Shown: positions 10,301 through 18,126 of the stretch, piece after piece | Numbering within the stretch: the stretch's first letter is position 1 | How the letters are laid out: every line of letters begins with the position of its first letter | NCBI GenBank assembly: GCA_013388835.1 | Contig: JACAEL010000026.1 | Location: 92,780 to 156,779 of the forward strand | DNA length: 64,000 bases | Direction: 5' to 3' | Source: Candidatus Thorarchaeota archaeon | GTDB lineage: Archaea > Asgardarchaeota > Thorarchaeia > Thorarchaeales > Thorarchaeaceae | Position numbers and translations under genes: made by a program | The notes under the pieces: model-generated | Told to the model about the DNA's origin: nothing | The model's input: only the letters and a program-made list of their open reading frames with translations | Database searches by the model: none

Positions 10301-11611
10301 ATCTCGAACGTGGGGAGTCAGTCAATTGGCCCACAGCAGAGCTATGTTCTGATCAGTGCCACGGTCATCGATGTGGGCGCTTCGGGAACCGACCATGTTG
10401 ACATCTATCTCGTTAACACGGAGCAGACGGTCTCCATGAGCTACAACGCGTCGATTGACAAGTGGCAGGCATATGTAGCTAGAACTAGCGGTTCTGCATA
10501 CACACTGGCTTACAGAGTGCTTGCGTATGACAGGGCTGGCAACCTGAAACAGAGTTCGCAGTTCACATATGCGTTCAAGGACGCCATCGCGCCGTCCGTG
10601 AGTGCAGTCAGTGCAGTCACCGTCTACCCGGCGGGCCAGGAAGCATTGTACGTTAGTGCCTCTGTGGGTGATACTGGTGGCTCAGGACTCGCGTCCGTAC
10701 AGCTGACCTACACGATAAGTGGTAACCCCACCACCGTGGCAATGAGCTACAATGCGTCCACTGCTCGGTACCAGCACACGGTTCCCAACCAAGCGCCGGG
10801 CACCTACGTGTTCTACACGATAACGGCGACTGACAATGCCGGCAACTCGTTCACGACGACGGAGCGTGTATACAGGTTCTCGACATCGGGGGACACTCCA
10901 CCCGGAATAGGTTCGCTAAACCTGAACCCACAGGAGCCCTCCTCTTCGCAGGCCGTCAACGTGTCGGTGACCATCCTAGATGAGGGGTCCATTCTGAATG
11001 CAACCCTCTACTACAGGGTAAACGGAGGGCCCTATACTGGCCTTGCAATGACCCACACCGGTGATGTCTACTCTGCAGTCATTCCTGCGCAGCCACACGG
11101 CTCTATCGTGGAGTGCTATGTTGTCGCCTTCGACAATCTGGAGCAGAGGTCGGAGTCATCGGTCACTTCCTACACTGTCAACGACGATGTGACTGCTCCT
11201 GTCATAACCGGCCTGAGCATAGACAAGTCGACAGTCACTTCTGCGGACTCTGTCGTTGTGAGTGCAACAATAACCGATGATGTTGCGGTCAAGAATGCAA
11301 CCCTGTACTACAAAGTGGGGACGGGCAGCTGGATTGCAGTGGTGATGACACATGTGGGAGATGTGTACAGTGCCACAATCCCGCCACAGGCTGATGGCTC
11401 TGTGGTGACCTACTATGTCCGCGCATACGACACATCGGACAGACACAGCGACTCGGCTGAGCAGTCCTACACCGTACAGGACGCAACAGGAACTACGACG
11501 ACATCTCCGGTGTCACCTCTGCCAGAGATGACCATCATAGTTGTCCTGGGTGGTGCCGGCGCCGCAGTGGTCGCGATTCTACTAGTGCTCCGGTTGCGAA
11601 AGAAGAACTAG
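4373..11611 (+). CDS. Giant secreted surface protein A (2412 aa). N-terminal signal peptide, very W/Y-rich body with dense N-x-S/T sequons, five C-terminal ~100-aa beta-sandwich repeats, then a C-terminal TM helix and basic tail.
   Basis: The N-terminus MRLRTSSTPLVLPCLLLTLLMILPVVPTIPSGAES is a signal peptide beginning at a TTG start. The C-terminus ...IIVVLGGAGAAVVAILLVLRLRKKN* is a single TM helix with a basic tail. Many NxT/NxS sequons are present. It shares several conserved blocks with the downstream paralog: ALDLDGDLGTTDDQYYV, GMPRPGYWDIAF, FDERPT, DPVFISYVSG. Stop is TAG. Confidence 0.9.
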   Translation: MRLRTSSTPLVLPCLLLTLLMILPVVPTIPSGAESLAPVTVLGPPTGPSMRADYPYNYTHVVWEQGTRSESYSDSYAFQDWQFGPAIRWQIKNATTGASITVMDTLVIDGWFDLEVQTPKASLRGQLPYAVGVMGTYFNVTEMATGEFSSNTIAMIAVYIVPQNRWEFYSSWNATWAEPIESGGFKESPVEATDLPPDWSFEDEFGPAVNPFLEQDKTASQYYIGPDDVWTSFRFKLNESSPRGVFSFGAMALDSNLNPLAESIATEESARTVGMTLHEVLAEATGGYYELSRLDDDGNTVYSATRGVDFNVTLRIGGFNLDNATVFFELPWQVLREELVEGPYQEHIQRTGGWVFDVSAGTYVWNASLVVDTVEVRYGLHWETHPVYIDSGTTYSVWDDDLGQYVDVWTPGYVALVYWFENNSFSTMYGYMVDGYKWVVEGLDAHPNLPLSFILNTTSSIHYYADGHDYVVFRGHVSEDMLPTGGASWQAMHMDVQVLTEDDKRLIPFASLPFADESDIAMDQMLRVLAVESPVSVVELTRKEEEYRSNWLFAVDRGDTFTVRARLQGGADVAGEIDGVAFVLSSYEHEWGTDAFGDWSQEESVELWIRASPAGQFEVKTYNTTRRVSYEYGTYWEWQYIEVFDGFWDWQLVEITGYGWHEKWWNFTSGTWTDIPLYRFAPETVMPVTFAEAGNLTYELVGNDLRVAFDVTVTQSMPETSWDWQFFYGDLQMVIDYESGWGYHELLGWKYDLVYSYQDGPDRLYAERPYRGHTMRNNDTDELYHADWSAYISIGGTNHTVRKFVEQYPDGLVYERFIYEEWDPTAYDPWTGGYTGNWVRYYVLDNGTRIDVLEGHESEIYNITVQSGEWFLALHDAPWGVPYMPGLQRLMLANGTVLIEPDAYWAGFGATPLGTVPVAKIGRYSLLNASISVYWAVDPVWMGDHYTFYVNGTNAPVDVWYGYAPDIDFEGYFYFNSTDGSTYWFLDGLWPVDIYRGEHGGKAVIAPEALAYYFAYTDIRGVKDELPYPGAVLYGPEDLEYVTPVALQVHINGHYRPTWQAGSYHYFNATEGLDYWYQFYHADVEGVIYNLTLFGLNPNSPWSPTYEWDFPWVTTGNGTQHFPSLDFAGWRLAYGHRDAQTYEFVIDGFLELTSGYYDDTYSADFLVYNGSSGHYEARTRDGWVLALNDTTGELTSVRGYFYNLTFTNGTSVYTSYPYVNAYEVYDPVRGMYDLEWLYTWDLDGDVVSWSLEDTYTTRIVQVTIIDIGSVYYFEVEGVLRECQSYMLVSRWDFSGQSWIEFNIPSPNLEYPTLLYDVTNSSVVYEVMPMYANEMTEVNYTYHIPVFHAGPTNFTGNWEMIHRLFTFWGYGMKMDYVPLPVTVIRSQWTIVVGVPKFGLWGIQSWAIDLSTGALDLDGDLGTTDDQYYVLHSYESTDTYRVDEEYLRVHIKWEPNSTVSGDEVYVDSYTGLRTVNWSYDWADNFYWRRADTGEPLTPAEWTQVTDTIYDSQGMPRPGYWDIAFLSRNFTSDDLRQQAAEEGWDWAASESQEWSWIWWELSEHYVTELPNATAVSVTVSYQYAGAFAWNDTNRNNYTDIDPMNIESSEVTHYWLPVSVDDVSFITPNGSLSGDIMWSLDAAVPFGVTFTNVTGAAFPFGDRSYWDWYAQQQTGSNFATFDERPTLTEVSSFGIGVSFTGEVSEPDNTASVKFNMTVGDWMVDAPGGRSLLTNRSLGLAFFTDVELYSETGEPILPQYTDDLGNPLFNNETVASENFTLSTGLSSYGSMNMGDSPYVWSKNRSATYTRVNSQTVPLSVFEAAYISDSGITATSFDISSSQFYTLVNFKWWDGYAVSVDPVFISYVSGQGVTDNTAPSISNVETEVLFVNGKERLYYTVTVTDTGGSGLASVRIVNLDDLGSNVSLTYRGDIQAWVGYVEMQGTTPYTFNSTIAAVDYASNEATSDEIHHTFYNDPTPPEISNVGSQSIGPQQSYVLISATVIDVGASGTDHVDIYLVNTEQTVSMSYNASIDKWQAYVARTSGSAYTLAYRVLAYDRAGNLKQSSQFTYAFKDAIAPSVSAVSAVTVYPAGQEALYVSASVGDTGGSGLASVQLTYTISGNPTTVAMSYNASTARYQHTVPNQAPGTYVFYTITATDNAGNSFTTTERVYRFSTSGDTPPGIGSLNLNPQEPSSSQAVNVSVTILDEGSILNATLYYRVNGGPYTGLAMTHTGDVYSAVIPAQPHGSIVECYVVAFDNLEQRSESSVTSYTVNDDVTAPVITGLSIDKSTVTSADSVVVSATITDDVAVKNATLYYKVGTGSWIAVVMTHVGDVYSATIPPQADGSVVTYYVRAYDTSDRHSDSAEQSYTVQDATGTTTTSPVSPLPEMTIIVVLGGAGAAVVAILLVLRLRKKN

Positions 11612-11619
11612 AAATCGGT

Positions 11620-11650
11620 GCGGGCCGCGAGCCCGCTCCACCCTTTTTCC
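11620..11650 (+). terminator. Hairpin plus oligo-T terminator downstream of giant gene A.
   Basis: GCGGGC-CGCGA-GCCCGC forms a perfect 6-bp GC stem. It is followed by TCCACCCTTTTTCCTCTCTTTCTT immediately after the TAG stop. Confidence 0.55.
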
Positions 11651-11956
11651 TCTCTTTCTTGCTTGCACTCACTATCTCCTCAGAGTGCCATATTGAAGGC
11701 ACATTCACACGAGTCCTGATCAGTCTCGGGACATTCGTCTGAGATCATGTTGACGACCGCAGACGTTTCGTAACTCTGGCATGCCGACATGAGCAGTATG
11801 TGCTGCAGGTGGCAGTCACGCCTCCTCGGAGCCCCTTTACACGAATCATACATCGAAGTTTTCCTTATATGGATTGGCGGTAGCATCCTACTAGTAGACT
11901 TGAGCGCCACAGGTCTACCTGGTTATGTACGCTAAGTCACTGCACTGTACAAGACC

Positions 11957-14900
11957 ATGCTAGACCTGATGCGCATTTACAGGAGTTCAGTCAACATGCG
12001 AGCGAGATTGATAAGTCGCCAACTCCTCTCAGTTGCAGCAGTCTGTCTCTTCCTGTTCTCGATGCTGTCTTTGGATGCAGCTCCCCAAGCTGACAATATG
12101 ACCATCCAACCAAAGACAGAGACATCAACAGTGTCCCAGAGTCCGCATGGCAGTGGGACATATGTGAACTGGAACCAGGATAGCGGCAACAGCAGCAATG
12201 AGTGGACTTGGAGCAATACAAACTGGCTCTTCGGACCCAGACCAACCTTCAAGATATACCATCAGAACGGTTCTGAGCTCACGAAGGACAGTTATGCAGA
12301 GATTAACGAGAACCTCACCTTCCAGGTGACCGTTCCCAAGAATGTGTTCACTCATGGAGGCGTTCTGGGCCGGGTGAGCTTCTATGGCTATTACATGAGC
12401 TCAAACATGAACTTCAGCGCCAGCTTCAGCATGGAGTTCAATGCCTACAGCTACGAGCCATGGTATGCATACAGCTGGGCGTACAACTCTAGCGAGGGCC
12501 CATCTCCGCCCAGTCCGAGCTTCCTTGATATCCTACCATTGTTGTGCTCGAACAGTTCCGACGCGAACAGATACTATGTGAACTTCGTCGTGAGGTTCAC
12601 AGCCGAGTCACCGATTGGACTCTTTGGCATCGACATGACTGTTTCCGACAACAACTACAACACAATTGGGACCTACAACTATGGCTCCGGATGGGAGTTC
12701 AACGGGATTGCAGTGGGCATACCTCCGAACCAGGCATGGTCATTCTCCTACGGCGGAACCTACACCCTCCAGAAGCTCGACCTAGAAGGAGATCCCCTCT
12801 ATTCTGTAAGCAGAGGCCGGGACTTCATCATGCGGTTCAATGTGAGTGGTCCTGAACCAGAGTATGTGCAACTCGGTCTGCAGATACCGCCCATGATGCA
12901 GGTCGCGGTCGAAAAGACTGGTATGCACCGGGAGATGAAGGTCTCAACCGGTGGCTGGGTCTACGACACCACCATGCAGACCTACATATGGAATGCAACA
13001 GTCGAGGTGAGCTACTACGAAGACGTGTACGGTCCATATCAGTCGTATGAGTATGTCGATGTTGGCATATACAAGGAGGTGCAAGTGTATCGTCTCTATG
13101 AGGTCTGGGACCCGGAGCTGAGCCAGTTCAACCGCACGGTCGTTCTTGAGAACACCTGGGCTTACCGGTACATGATGTTCATCTACAACAGCTCACTGGG
13201 CTTTGAGACGAGACTTGGTTATACCTACTATGGCTATCCGTGGGACCACTATGTCGATGGTGAGTACAACCGGATTATCACTGTCTATGAGCCCATACCC
13301 TCTGACTATCCTGTCTTCTACGAACTCAACATGGGTCTGTGCTCTGTCAGTACCTTGGGCATTGACCTCACCGTGGATTTCGTCGGGCACTTCACTCAAC
13401 TCATGCAGCAGAGCGGTGCCTACGATTACTTCTCGTTTGAACCGCTGGTCATGGGTCCCGATAACGCAGTCTATCAGCCCTCGACGTATGGCCAAGCTCC
13501 AAGACAGACACCATCCGACTTCGAAATGGCCAAGAGGATCACGATTGAGCGCCCGGTGACCATTGCGCGCCTCCTCAAAGAGGATGGGACCGAGCCACGA
13601 GGCTGGCTCTTCCAGGTCAATCAGGGTCAGAACTTCATGGTCAAGGGAAGGCTTCAGGGCGGTGGGTCATTGGCGTCCGACATAGATGGCGCGGCCCTGG
13701 AACTTGAGGCCTATTCTGGTTCATGGACAGCTAACGAGTCCATATCCTCGCATGTCACATACGACATCGTCATGGACATGCATGGAAACCCAACGCTGCA
13801 GGCGTTCAATCACACTCAGAAGTACAACTACACCTATGGCAAGTACATGGACTACGTGTACACCAACATCACAGGCTGGCACTACGAGTACAACAGCTCG
13901 ACCAGCACATGGGAGTGGGTGAACAGCATGTACTGGGAGTGGCGCTGGATGGAAGTCGAAGGTTGGCACTGGCAGTGGTGGTACTACAACCAACTCACAG
14001 GCGAGTGGCAACAGAACGGCTTTGACTACCGAAGTTCTGAGGCGAAGGTATCAGACGACTTTGCTCGAGTCACAGGCTTTGCATCATGGGTTGACAGTGG
14101 AGACCTGTTCGTGACCTTCCTCGTCAACATGAGCGAGAGCGTGCCGTCCACAAGCTACTGGTGGGACTTTGCGTTCCTGAACAACACGTGGTATGAAGAC
14201 TATTCCAGTGGCTATGGCTTGCATCAGGTGCTCACATGGGACCGCGAATGGGTCTACAGCTTCGATATGGGTGGTGACAAGGTCTATGTGGATCCATTCA
14301 AACAGAATCAGCTGGCATTCCTCAACACAACGCTGAGCCCAGACTTCATGAGAGGAGAAGAAACTCCCTACATAGTGAAGGATGGTGTCCAGTACACCGT
14401 GAAGGTCATCAAGAGCTATGACCCGTGGTCCGGAACGGAGAATGAGGAGTTCTTCTTCTACGACCACTACGACCCGGAGGAAGGCAAAGACTACTACTAC
14501 TATCTCCTGCCCAACACCACGAAGGTCCTCGTCACATACACAGATGCGAAGTACATATACAATGTGACGGTGAATGACGCTGAGTGGTTCCTGACCAGCA
14601 TGGAGTGGCCGAACTACTGGTACGACTATGGCTCAAGCAGCAATTACGCATGGTGGCTCGATCTCTATGGAGCTGTGCACTACTATCCTGACCCCGTCTC
14701 CTATGCAGCCGTATATCATGACAAGGTGGAATTGGAAAACCGTCATGAATACATGTACCTCAGGTACGGTCTGGACGGTGTCCTGAACATCAGTCAGTTC
14801 TGGTGGGAGAGCCGCGATGGGTGTTACTATGCCACTGACATGTCCGGCAGTCTGTACAGGTTGGACTTCAACTATACGACCGGTGAATACCAAGCCATCA

Positions 14901-17776
14901 TCAACTCCGTCCTTCAGAGCGTCCGCGGACCAATGTACTACTTCATAGGCGAGTACGAAGGCAATGACGTCGTGCTGGCTGGCTGGGGAACCCAGAGGTT
15001 CTACTACACCGAGGACAACGGCGTCAGACATGAGATGCCTTATCCGGGGGCCAATGCGCAGTGGCACATGGACCTGAGCAGGACCGATAACTCTGGAGGC
15101 AAGGTACCGACCACCAAGTCGGTGATCTACAATGGCAACGTCTATCCTGTCTACAACATCTCCGCAGAACACTATGTGGACATAGGTGGCCAGACGTACC
15201 GGCTTGATATGCAGACAGCAGTCTATGGGTCTGCTAATGGAACCGACATCTGGAACCCCACAGTACTTGGGTACTATGGGGAATACGGTGTGTTTGATGA
15301 CAATATGTTTCTGAAGAACGGTACGGTCACCTACAACTCCGGCATGGACGGCTGGGTGGATAGCTACTGGGACGGCGAGGCCTACCAATACTACGCTGAC
15401 CTTGTCAACGGCACAAGGTGGTTGCTGAACAGAACGGGCTTCCTCACAGTCTTTGAGCGCAACTACAATGGCTCATCCCTGTTCACAACCAGAACTTATC
15501 CAGAGTTCAGATCTGTAGGAAACGAGACATGGTACGAGTATGTGGCCCTCAACGGGTCATTGTACAACTCGTCCGAATACCGTATCCTCGATGTGTTGAA
15601 CTCGTTCACCGTGGAGGCATACAACAACGGCTCGGCAGATGTCTTTGAGTTCATGGGTGATGTGTACGTGGTGGACGCCTATGTGCCGGTCTTCTGGAGC
15701 TGGAAGATAACCAACTCCAACTCGACAGGCGGTCCCTACTTCTTCATGAACTCCAACAGACCAGTCTACGAGTTCCAGTACCGGAGTACGACAGTGACTG
15801 CGGCCCCCAACTTCGAGAACATCTACAGGGTCAGAAACAGATGGGGCTACGCGTCTGTGTACGGACCAGCGCCTATTGCTAGCAGTGTCTACAAGAACTT
15901 CTACAACCTGATAATCGGAATGCCCGATTGGGGCATGTGGGGACTGAAGAATTGGGACACGAATCCGGACAATGGCGCACTGGACCTTGATGGCAACCTT
16001 GACACGGTTGACGACCAGTACTTTGTTGAACAGGAGTACTCCTCAAGGAGCACCTCGACCCACGAGTGGGACTTTATGAGCGTCTGGCTTGACTGGGATC
16101 CCAATTCAACCCTGCCGGGTGACGAGATGCACATCAACTCCTACCTGGGTCTGAGTTCATTCACATGGTCGTACGAGTGGAACCAGACGTTCTACTGGTA
16201 CCACGCTGCCGACATCACTCCACTCAACGCTTCCGAGATGCAGGACGTCAAGGACATAGTCCTCAGCAGTTCGGGTACTCCAATGCCCGGTTACTGGGAC
16301 ATTGCGTGGATGTGCAAGAACGTCACTTGGGCTGACCTGGTCGCCGAGGCTATCGCCAACGGGTGGGACTGGATGACCTCCAACACACAGACTTGGACTT
16401 GGCTGACCTTCGCCATCAACCAAGACTATGGGACCTCATACCAGGAGTCCGGGGTGGACTACTGGATGAATGTCGGCCTCCACTATGAGTTCAGTGGTCT
16501 GATGCTGTGGGAGGACGAGAACAACGACGGTCTGATGAATGTCGACCTCAACAACCCATCCAGCGGAGAGCTCACGCACTACCTCATCCCTGACCATGTC
16601 GACAGTGTCAGCTTCGTGACTCCCGGTGCGGCGTACGGCAACCTGAACGCATCCGGGTCCATCGTCGCTGGAGTGGAAGATGAGCTGACATATGGAATCT
16701 CGTTCAGAGGAGTGAACGGCACTGTCTATCCGTTCAACCTCTACGGATACTGGGGATGGTACGACCGGCAGGTGACCGGTGCGGATCTGAGGACGTTTGA
16801 TGAGCGACCGACCAAAGTGACCATTGACGAGCTGTCCTTCCTAGTCCACTTCCAGGGACATCTCAACAGCACGAGTCTGAACAATTACGCGACCATCAAG
16901 GTGGACAACTACGTGGGGAACTGGGATGTGGATATGCTGGGCGGACGGTCCAACCTCGTGAACAAGTCACTGGCACTCAACTATCTGGCGGATATCCGGA
17001 TGTCGAGCTTTGCATTCAAGGCAAACGGCTCGTTCACAGGGTCCGAGAGCACCGTCAGCAGCGATGTCTTCGAGATGGAGACGGCTGGTGCAAAGTTCGC
17101 TGAGATGGTCATGGGCGGCACAACATACGACTGGAGCAAGAACACGAGCGCTCCGTACGAAGTTGTGAGTCAGACGACTCCCATGGGCACGTTCAGGACC
17201 GCGTTCGAGTCTGAGAGCGGACAGTCTGCGACGGCGTGGAGCTTCACGTCTAGCATGTACTACGTGACCATCGGCTTCCCAGAGTGGCAGGGCTACAGCG
17301 TCTATCAGGACCCTGTCTTCATCAGCTATGTCTCCGGCCTTGGAACGTCAAGCATACCCAGTCCTGTGACATTCAGTCAGTTCAGTCAGAGCCCAATGAC
17401 ACCGGGAGCGGACGACTACGTCGAGATTGGTGTGGACATAGACTCACAGTACCCAATCAGTTCTGTCCGACTTGAGTACTGGACCAGTGGGTCAGCGCAT
17501 CAGAGCGTGCCGATGAACAATGTGCACGACATGCACTGGTCTGGTCAGATACCCGCGCACCCGCTGGGAACAACCGTGTTCTACAAGGTGATAGTCGAGA
17601 CAGAGTCTGGTCCATACGAGTCCTCGACTAGATCTTATGTGGTCGGCGGGACAACCACCTCTACTTCACCGTGGGTGCCAGGTCCGGGAGTCCCTCTTGA
17701 CGTACTTGTCATGGTCGTGGGTGTTGCGTCTGCAGCTCTGATCATCGTTCTCCTTGTGCTGAGACGACGTAAGTAG
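11957..17776 (+). CDS. Giant secreted surface protein B (1939 aa), paralog of protein A.
   Basis: ATG start with a hydrophobic N-terminus (LLSVAAVCLFLFSMLSLDAAPQA). The C-terminus VLVMVVGVASAALIIVLLVLRRRK* is a TM helix with a basic tail. Blocks shared with A: GMPDWGMWGLKNWDTNPDNGALDLDGNLDTVDDQYFV, GTPMPGYWDIAWMCKN...NGWDWM, FDERPT, DPVFISYVSG. It is extremely Trp-rich, with many N-x-S/T sequons. Stop is TAG. Confidence 0.9.
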   Translation: MLDLMRIYRSSVNMRARLISRQLLSVAAVCLFLFSMLSLDAAPQADNMTIQPKTETSTVSQSPHGSGTYVNWNQDSGNSSNEWTWSNTNWLFGPRPTFKIYHQNGSELTKDSYAEINENLTFQVTVPKNVFTHGGVLGRVSFYGYYMSSNMNFSASFSMEFNAYSYEPWYAYSWAYNSSEGPSPPSPSFLDILPLLCSNSSDANRYYVNFVVRFTAESPIGLFGIDMTVSDNNYNTIGTYNYGSGWEFNGIAVGIPPNQAWSFSYGGTYTLQKLDLEGDPLYSVSRGRDFIMRFNVSGPEPEYVQLGLQIPPMMQVAVEKTGMHREMKVSTGGWVYDTTMQTYIWNATVEVSYYEDVYGPYQSYEYVDVGIYKEVQVYRLYEVWDPELSQFNRTVVLENTWAYRYMMFIYNSSLGFETRLGYTYYGYPWDHYVDGEYNRIITVYEPIPSDYPVFYELNMGLCSVSTLGIDLTVDFVGHFTQLMQQSGAYDYFSFEPLVMGPDNAVYQPSTYGQAPRQTPSDFEMAKRITIERPVTIARLLKEDGTEPRGWLFQVNQGQNFMVKGRLQGGGSLASDIDGAALELEAYSGSWTANESISSHVTYDIVMDMHGNPTLQAFNHTQKYNYTYGKYMDYVYTNITGWHYEYNSSTSTWEWVNSMYWEWRWMEVEGWHWQWWYYNQLTGEWQQNGFDYRSSEAKVSDDFARVTGFASWVDSGDLFVTFLVNMSESVPSTSYWWDFAFLNNTWYEDYSSGYGLHQVLTWDREWVYSFDMGGDKVYVDPFKQNQLAFLNTTLSPDFMRGEETPYIVKDGVQYTVKVIKSYDPWSGTENEEFFFYDHYDPEEGKDYYYYLLPNTTKVLVTYTDAKYIYNVTVNDAEWFLTSMEWPNYWYDYGSSSNYAWWLDLYGAVHYYPDPVSYAAVYHDKVELENRHEYMYLRYGLDGVLNISQFWWESRDGCYYATDMSGSLYRLDFNYTTGEYQAIINSVLQSVRGPMYYFIGEYEGNDVVLAGWGTQRFYYTEDNGVRHEMPYPGANAQWHMDLSRTDNSGGKVPTTKSVIYNGNVYPVYNISAEHYVDIGGQTYRLDMQTAVYGSANGTDIWNPTVLGYYGEYGVFDDNMFLKNGTVTYNSGMDGWVDSYWDGEAYQYYADLVNGTRWLLNRTGFLTVFERNYNGSSLFTTRTYPEFRSVGNETWYEYVALNGSLYNSSEYRILDVLNSFTVEAYNNGSADVFEFMGDVYVVDAYVPVFWSWKITNSNSTGGPYFFMNSNRPVYEFQYRSTTVTAAPNFENIYRVRNRWGYASVYGPAPIASSVYKNFYNLIIGMPDWGMWGLKNWDTNPDNGALDLDGNLDTVDDQYFVEQEYSSRSTSTHEWDFMSVWLDWDPNSTLPGDEMHINSYLGLSSFTWSYEWNQTFYWYHAADITPLNASEMQDVKDIVLSSSGTPMPGYWDIAWMCKNVTWADLVAEAIANGWDWMTSNTQTWTWLTFAINQDYGTSYQESGVDYWMNVGLHYEFSGLMLWEDENNDGLMNVDLNNPSSGELTHYLIPDHVDSVSFVTPGAAYGNLNASGSIVAGVEDELTYGISFRGVNGTVYPFNLYGYWGWYDRQVTGADLRTFDERPTKVTIDELSFLVHFQGHLNSTSLNNYATIKVDNYVGNWDVDMLGGRSNLVNKSLALNYLADIRMSSFAFKANGSFTGSESTVSSDVFEMETAGAKFAEMVMGGTTYDWSKNTSAPYEVVSQTTPMGTFRTAFESESGQSATAWSFTSSMYYVTIGFPEWQGYSVYQDPVFISYVSGLGTSSIPSPVTFSQFSQSPMTPGADDYVEIGVDIDSQYPISSVRLEYWTSGSAHQSVPMNNVHDMHWSGQIPAHPLGTTVFYKVIVETESGPYESSTRSYVVGGTTTSTSPWVPGPGVPLDVLVMVVGVASAALIIVLLVLRRRK

Positions 17777-17784
17777 AACAGTGC

Positions 17785-17820
17785 GAAGGGGTGCAAGCCC
17801 CTTCCTCATTCTTTTTTCTC
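17785..17820 (+). terminator. Hairpin plus oligo-T terminator downstream of giant gene B.
   Basis: GAAGGGG-TGCAAG-CCCCTTC forms a 7-bp stem. It is followed by CTCATTCTTTTTTCTC. The architecture matches the terminator after gene A. Confidence 0.55.
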
Positions 17821-18126
17821 TTCCCTCTCCTCTTCTGCTTCACTTTCCCTCTCCCTATCTCTTTGTGTATCATTCTCTATTGCTGACTGTTGCTGCTGGA
17901 GCGACTATACGACGGACTTGCGGGCTGAATCCCCAGCGCATGCAGTCTCTGTGATGGCCTGTTCCTTCGGGTCGTGTCTGTGTCAAGCAGTCTCCAAGGA
18001 CACCTGTGAGGAATCCTTCTGCCCCGCACACGCTAGACGGTCTGTGACTGAGTGAAGCCTCGACAGCTCGTCATGCATACCATGCGTTCCGTGACAGGCA
18101 TGTCTCCGGGAGACGCCCTCTCGATA

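Noticed and set aside
14633-15388. A 251-aa ORF on the - strand inside giant gene B, and many similar 60-150-aa antisense or alternative-frame ORFs inside the giant genes.
   Set aside because: They are antisense or out of frame to long, well-supported genes. Their R/S/P/H-rich composition is typical of spurious ORFs in GC-rich coding DNA.
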